From assembly GCF_009914755.1 (NCBI RefSeq), contig NC_060925.1: DNA of 64,000 bases, one strand, 5' to 3'. Both the position numbers and the translations under genes were made by a program. Below, one piece after another: positions 58,377 to 64,000 of this stretch. Positions within the stretch are counted from its first letter, which is position 1; the number at the start of each line of letters is the position of its first letter. The stretch comes from the human T2T-CHM13v2.0 reference genome, Homo sapiens. Below the pieces are notes generated by a model. The model saw nothing but the letters and a program-made list of their open reading frames with translations, was not told the origin of the DNA and did not search any database.

Positions 58377-61300
58377 ATGAAATTGAAATGGATGGACTCA
58401 TCATCGAATGGATTCGAATGGAATCATCGAATAAAATTGATTGAAATCATCATCGAATGGAATCGAATGGTATCATTGAATGGAATCGAATGGAATCATC
58501 ATCAGATGGAAATGAATGGAATCGTCATAGAATGGAATCGAATGGATTCATTGAATGGAATCAGATGGAATCATCGAATGGACTGGAATGGAATCATTGA
58601 ATGGACTCGAAAGGGATCATTATTGAATGGAATTGAATGGAATCATCGAATGGTCTCGATTGGAATCATTATCAAATGGAATCGAATGGAATCACCGAAT
58701 AGAATCGAATGGAACAATCATCGAATGGACTCAAATGGAATTATCCTCAAATAGAATCGAATGGAATTATCGAAAGCAATCGAATGGAATTATCAAATGC
58801 AATCGAATAGAATCATCGAATGGACTCGAATGGAATCATCGAATGGAATGGAATGGAACAGTCAATAAACTCGAATGGAATCATCATTGAATGGAATCGA
58901 ATGGAATCATCGAGTGGAATCGAATGGAATTATGATCAAATGGAATCGAATGTAATCATCATCAAATGGAATCAAAAATAACCATCATCAATTGGTATTG
59001 AATGGAATTGTCATCAAATGGAATTCAAAGGAATCATCATCAAATGGAATCGAATGGAATCATCATCAAATGGAATCTAATGGAATCATTGAAAGAATTG
59101 AATGGAATCATCATCGAATGAATTGAATGCAATCATCGAATGGTCTCGAATGGAATCATCTTCTAATGGAAAGGAATGGAATCATCGCATAGAATCGAAT
59201 GGAATTATCATCGAATGGAATCGAATGGTATCAACACCAAACGGAAAAAAACGGAATTATCGAATGGAATCGAAGAGAATCTTCGAACGGACCCGAATGG
59301 AATCATCTAATGGAATGGAATGGAATAATCCATGGACTCGAATGCAATCATCATCGAATGGAATCGAATGGAATCATCGAATGGACTCGAATGGAATAAT
59401 CATTGAACGGAATCGAATGGAATCATCATCGGATGGAAACGAATGGAATCATCATCGAATGGAAATGAAAGGAGTCATCATCTAATGGAATTGCATGGAA
59501 TCATCATCAAATGGAATCGAATGGAATCAACATCAAATGGAATCAAATGGAATCATTGAACGGAATTGAATGGAATCATCATCGAATGAATTGAATGCAA
59601 TCATCGAATGGTCTCGAATGGAATCATCTTCAAATGGAATGGAATGGAATCATCGCATAGAATCGAATGGAATTATCATCGAATGGAATCGAATGGAATC
59701 AACATCAAACGGAAAAAAACGTAATTATCGAATGGAATCGAAGAGAATCATCGAATGGACCCGAATGGAATCATCTAATGGAATGGAATGGAATAATCCA
59801 TGGACTCGAATGCAATCATCATCGAATGGAATCGAATGGAATCATCGAATGGACTCGAATGGAATAATCATTGAACGGAATCGAATGGAATCATCATTGG
59901 ATGGAAACGAATGGAATCATCATCGAATGGAAATGAAAGGAGTCATCATCTAATGGAATTGCATGGAATCATCATAAAATGGAATCGAATGGAATCAACA
60001 TCAAATGGAATCAAATGGAATCATTGAACGGAATTGAATGGAATCGTCATCGAATGAATTGAATGCAATCATCGAATGGTCTCGAATGGAATCATCTTCA
60101 AATGGAATGGAATGGAATCATCGCATAGAATCGAATGGAATTATCATCGAATGGATTCGAATGGTATCAACATCAAACGGAAAAAAACGGAATTATCGAA
60201 TGGAATCAAAGAGAATCTTCGAACGGACCCGAATGGAATCATCTAATGGAATGGAATGGAATAATCCATGGACTCGAATGCAATCATCATCGAATGGAAT
60301 CGAATGGAATCATTGAAAGGACTCGTATGGAATAATCATTGAACGGAATCGAATGGAATCATCATCGGATGGAAATGAATGGAATCATCATCGAATGGAA
60401 TCGAATAGAATTATGGAATGAAATCCAGTGTGATCATCATCGAATGGACCCGAATGGAATCATCATCCAACGGAAGCTAATGGAATCAACATCCAATGAA
60501 TCGAATGGAAACACCATCGAATTGAAACGAATGGAATTATCATGAAATTGAAATGGATGGACTCATCATCGAATGGATTCGAATGGAATCATCGAATAAA
60601 ATTGATTGAAATCATCATCGAATGGAATCGAATGGTATCATTGAATGGAATCGAATGGAATCATCATCAGATGGAAATGAATGGAATCGTCATAGAATGG
60701 AATCGAATGGATTCATTGAATGGAATCAGATGGAATCATCGAATGGACTGGAATGGAATCATTGAATGGACTCGAAAGGGATCATGATTGAATGGAATTG
60801 AATGGAATCATCGAATGGTCTCGATTGGAATCATTATCAAATGGAATCGAATGGAATCACCGAATAGAATCGAATGGAACAATCATCGAATGGACTCAAA
60901 TGGAATTATCCTCAAATAGAATCGAATGGAATTATCGAAAGCAATCGAATGGAATTATCAAATGCAATCGAATAGAATCATCGAATGGACTCGAATGGAA
61001 TCATCGAATGGAATGGAATGGAACAGTAAATAAACACGAATGGAATCATCATTGAATGGAATCGAATGGAATCATCGAGTGGAATCGAATGGAATTATGA
61101 TCAAATGGAATCGAATGTAATCATCATCAAATGGAATCAAAAATAACCATCATCAATTGGTATTGAATGGAATTGTCATCAAATGGAATTCAAAGGAATC
61201 ATCATCAAATGGAACCGAATGGAATCCTCATTGAATGGAAATGAAAGGGGTCATCATCCAATGGAATCGCATGGAATCATCATCAAATGGAATCGAATGG

Positions 61301-62050
61301 AATCATCATCAAATGGAATCTAATGGAATCATTGAAAGAATTGAATGGAATCATCATCGAATGAATTGAATGCAATCATCGAATGGTCTCGAATGGAATC
61401 ATCTTCTAATGGAAAGGAATGGAATCATCGCATAGAATCGAATGGAATTATCATCGAATGGAATCGAATGGTATCAACACCAAACGGAAAAAAACGGAAT
61501 TATCGAATGGAATCGAAGAGAATCTTCGAACGGACCCGAATGGAATCATCTAATGGAATGGAATGGAATAATCCATGGACTCGAATGCAATCATCATCGA
61601 ATGGAATCGAATGGAATCATCGAATGGACTCGAATGGAATAATCATTGAACGGAATCGAATGGAATCATCATCGGATGGAAACGAATGGAATCATCATCG
61701 AATGGAAATGAAAGGAGTCATCATCTAATGGAATTGCATGGAATCATCATCAAATGGAATCGAATGGAATCAACATCAAATGGAATCAAATGGAATCATT
61801 GAACGGAATTGAATGGAATCATCATCGAATGAATTGAATGCAATCATCGAATGGTCTCGAATGGAATCATCTTCAAATGGAATGGAATGGAATCATCGCA
61901 TAGAATCGAATGGAATTATCATCGAATGGAATCGAATGGAATCAACATCAAACGGAAAAAAACGTAATTATCGAATGGAATCGAAGAGAATCATCGAATG
62001 GACCCGAATGGAATCATCTAATGGAAAGGAATGGAATAATCCATGGACTC
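57650..62050 (+). repeat. Tandem duplication of a ~2243-bp three-subunit unit; first copy shortened to 2165 bp
   Basis: Many private alleles are paired at 2165-bp spacing upstream of ~59045 and at 2243-bp spacing downstream. Boundaries are approximate. Confidence 0.85.
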
Positions 62051-62316
62051 GAATGCAATCATCATCGAATGGAATCGAATGGAATCATCGAATGGACTCG
62101 AATGGAATAATCATTGAACGGAATCGAATGGAATCATCATCGGATGGAAATGAATGGAATCATCATCGAATGGAATCGAATAGAATTATGGAATTAAATC
62201 CAGTGTGATCATCATCGAATGGACCCGAATGGAATCATCATCCAACGGAAGCTAATGGAATCAACATCGAATGAATCAAATGGAAACACCATCGAATTGA
62301 AACGAATGGAATTACC

Positions 62317-63624
62317 ATGAAATTGAAATGGATGGACTCATCCTCAAATGGATTCGAATGGAATCATCGAATAAAATTGATTGAAATCATCATCGAATGG
62401 AATCGAATGGTATCATTGAATGGAATCGAATGGAATCATCATCAGATGGAAATGAAAGGAATCGTCATAGAATGGAATCGAATGGATTCATTGAATGGAA
62501 TCAGATGGAATCATCGAATGGACTGGAATGGAATCATTGAATGGACTCGAAAGGGATCATTATTGAATGGAATTGAATGGAATCATCGAATGGTCTCGAT
62601 TGGAATCATTATCAAATGGAATCGAATGGAATCACCAAATAGAATCGAATGGAATAATCATCGAATGGACTCAAATGGAATTATCCTCAAATGGAATTGA
62701 ATGGAATTATCGAATGCAATCGAATGGAATTATCGAATGCAATCGAATAGAATCATCGAATGGACTCGAATGGAATCATCGAATGGAATGGAATGGAACA
62801 GTCAATGAACTCGAATGGAATCATCATTGAATGGAATCGAATGGAATCATCGAGTGGAATCGAATGTAATCATCATCAAATGGAATCAAAAATAACCATC
62901 ATCAAATGGAATCAAAAATAACCATCATCAATTGGTATTGAATGGAATTCTCATCAAATGGAATTCAAAGGAATCATCATCAAATGGAACCGAATGGAAT
63001 CCTCATTGAATGGAAATGAAAGGGGTCATCATCTAATGGAATCGCATGGAATCATCATCAAATGGAATCGAATGGAATCAACATCAAATGGAATCAAATG
63101 GAATCATTGAACAGAATTGAATGGAATCGTCATCGAATGAATTGAATGCAATCATCGAATGGTCTCGAATGGAATCATCTTCAAATGGAATGGAATGGAA
63201 TCATCGCATAGAATCGAATGGAATTTTCATCGAATGGAATCGAATGGAATCAACATCAAACGGAAAAAAACGGAATTATCGAATGGAATCGAAGAGAATC
63301 ACCGAATGGACCCGAATGGAATCATCTAATGGAATGGAATGGAATAATCCATGGACTCGAATGCAATCATCGTCGAATGGAATCGAATGGAATCATCGAA
63401 TGGACTCGAATGGAATAATCATTGAACGGAATCGAATGGAATCATCATCGGATGGAAATGAATGGAATCATCATCGAATGGAATCGAATAGAATTATGGA
63501 ATGAAATCCAGTGTGATCATCATCGAATGGACCCGAATGGAATCATCATCCAACGGAAGCTAATGGAATCAACATCGAATGAATCAAATGGAAACACCAT
63601 CGAATTGAAACGAATGGAATTACC
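62317..63624 (+). repeat. 1308-bp unit with a single B-type subunit
   Basis: Landmarks are at 62317 and 63625, with one subunit start at 63121. Confidence 0.88.
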
Positions 63625-64000
63625 ATGAAATTGAAATGGATGGACTCATCCTCAAATGGATTCGAGTGGAATCATCGAATAAAATTGATTGAAATCATCA
63701 TCGAATGGAATCGAATGGTATCATTGAATGGAATCGAATGGAATCATCATCAGATGGAAATGAAAGGAATCGTCATAGAATGGAATCGAATGGATTCATT
63801 GAATGGAATCAGATGGAATCATTGAATGGACTGGAATGGAATCATTGAATGGACTCGAAAGGGATCATTATTGAATGGAATTGAATGGAATCATCGAATG
63901 GTCTCGATTGGAATCATTATCAAATGGAATCGAATGGAATCACCGAATAGAATCGAATGGAACAATCATCGAATGGACTCAAATGGAATTATCCTCTAAT

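Larger units (their letters stand above)
1..64000 (+). repeat. Human satellite 2 (HSat2/HSATII) tandem array, GGAAT-rich strand on +, single orientation
   Basis: Every line is made of diverged GGAAT pentamers with TCGAATGGAATCATC motifs (reverse complement of CATTCGATTC/GATGATTCCATTCGA). The very high TCGA (TaqI) density is typical of HSat2 rather than HSat3. I saw no non-satellite interruption and no strand switch. Confidence 0.97.
1..64000 (+). repeat. ~1776-bp repeat unit, consistent with the chromosome 1q12 1.77-kb HSat2 subfamily (pUC1.77-like); about 36 units including variants
   Basis: The landmark ATGAAATTGAAATGGATG recurs at 7023, 8799, 10575 and 12351, and at 21607, 23383, 25159 and 26935, exactly 1776 bp apart. 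One GGAATTCAAAGG (EcoRI) site per canonical unit. Periodicity is seen directly; the chr1 assignment relies on the known 1.77-kb EcoRI periodicity of the 1q12 satellite. Confidence 0.85.

Noticed and set aside
593-63825. About 250 short + strand ORFs (MESSSNE..., MELSSNG..., MKLKWMD..., up to 163 aa)
   Set aside because: These are translations of GGAAT-derived repeats (MEWNGI/ESN). They overlap in several frames, recur with the satellite period, are broken freely by substitutions and show no recognisable domain.
1-64000. All ORFs lie on one strand, suggesting coding bias
   Set aside because: The minus strand is full of TGA stops because + strand ATCATCA reads TGATGAT. The asymmetry follows from the satellite sequence.
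1-64000. CRISPR-like or prokaryotic repeat-spacer array
   Set aside because: There are no unique spacers, leader or cas genes. The sequence between motifs is itself the same satellite and repeats every ~1.8 kb.
1-64000. HSat3, alpha satellite or telomeric repeat assignment
   Set aside because: Perfect GGAAT runs are short (about 3-4 copies) and TCGA/CATCATC motifs dominate, which indicates HSat2. I saw no 171-bp monomer, CENP-B box or TTAGGG.
1-64000. Mobile element insertion or inversion breakpoint
   Set aside because: I saw no non-satellite sequence, poly(A) tail, target-site duplication or CATTC-strand segment while reading the window. The longest A runs are the 5-8 bp tracts intrinsic to the unit.

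Overview
The whole 64 kb window is one uninterrupted, single-orientation tandem satellite array built from diverged GGAAT/(CATTC)n pentamers (GAATGGAATCATC and GAATGGAATCGAAT-type 23/26-bp monomers). These are organised into a ~1776-bp unit that carries a conserved EcoRI site. This matches human satellite 2 (HSat2/HSATII) and most likely the 1.77-kb chromosome 1q12 pericentromeric subfamily; the chromosome assignment is inferred, not searched. I see no genes, RNA genes, transposons, CRISPR arrays or inversions, and all listed ORFs are translation artefacts of the repeat. I cannot support a new gene-encoded system here. What is informative is the array architecture. The landmark ATGAAATTGAAATGGATG occurs 34 times (1403 to 63625), with successive spacings 1923, 1923, 1774, 1776x3, 2839, 1802, 1776, 2839, 1776x3, 1777x2, 1776x3, 1750, 1308x2, 2218x2, 1776x2, 1750, 1776x2, 2218, 2686, 2165, 1775, 1308. 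The unit contains an internal 468-bp duplication (subunits A and B), and its copy number varies from 1 to 4. A homogeneous central domain (~4.7-37 kb) is flanked by structurally variable regions that share variants with each other. A third, divergent subunit lineage and several local duplication or conversion tracts can be read directly from the sequence.
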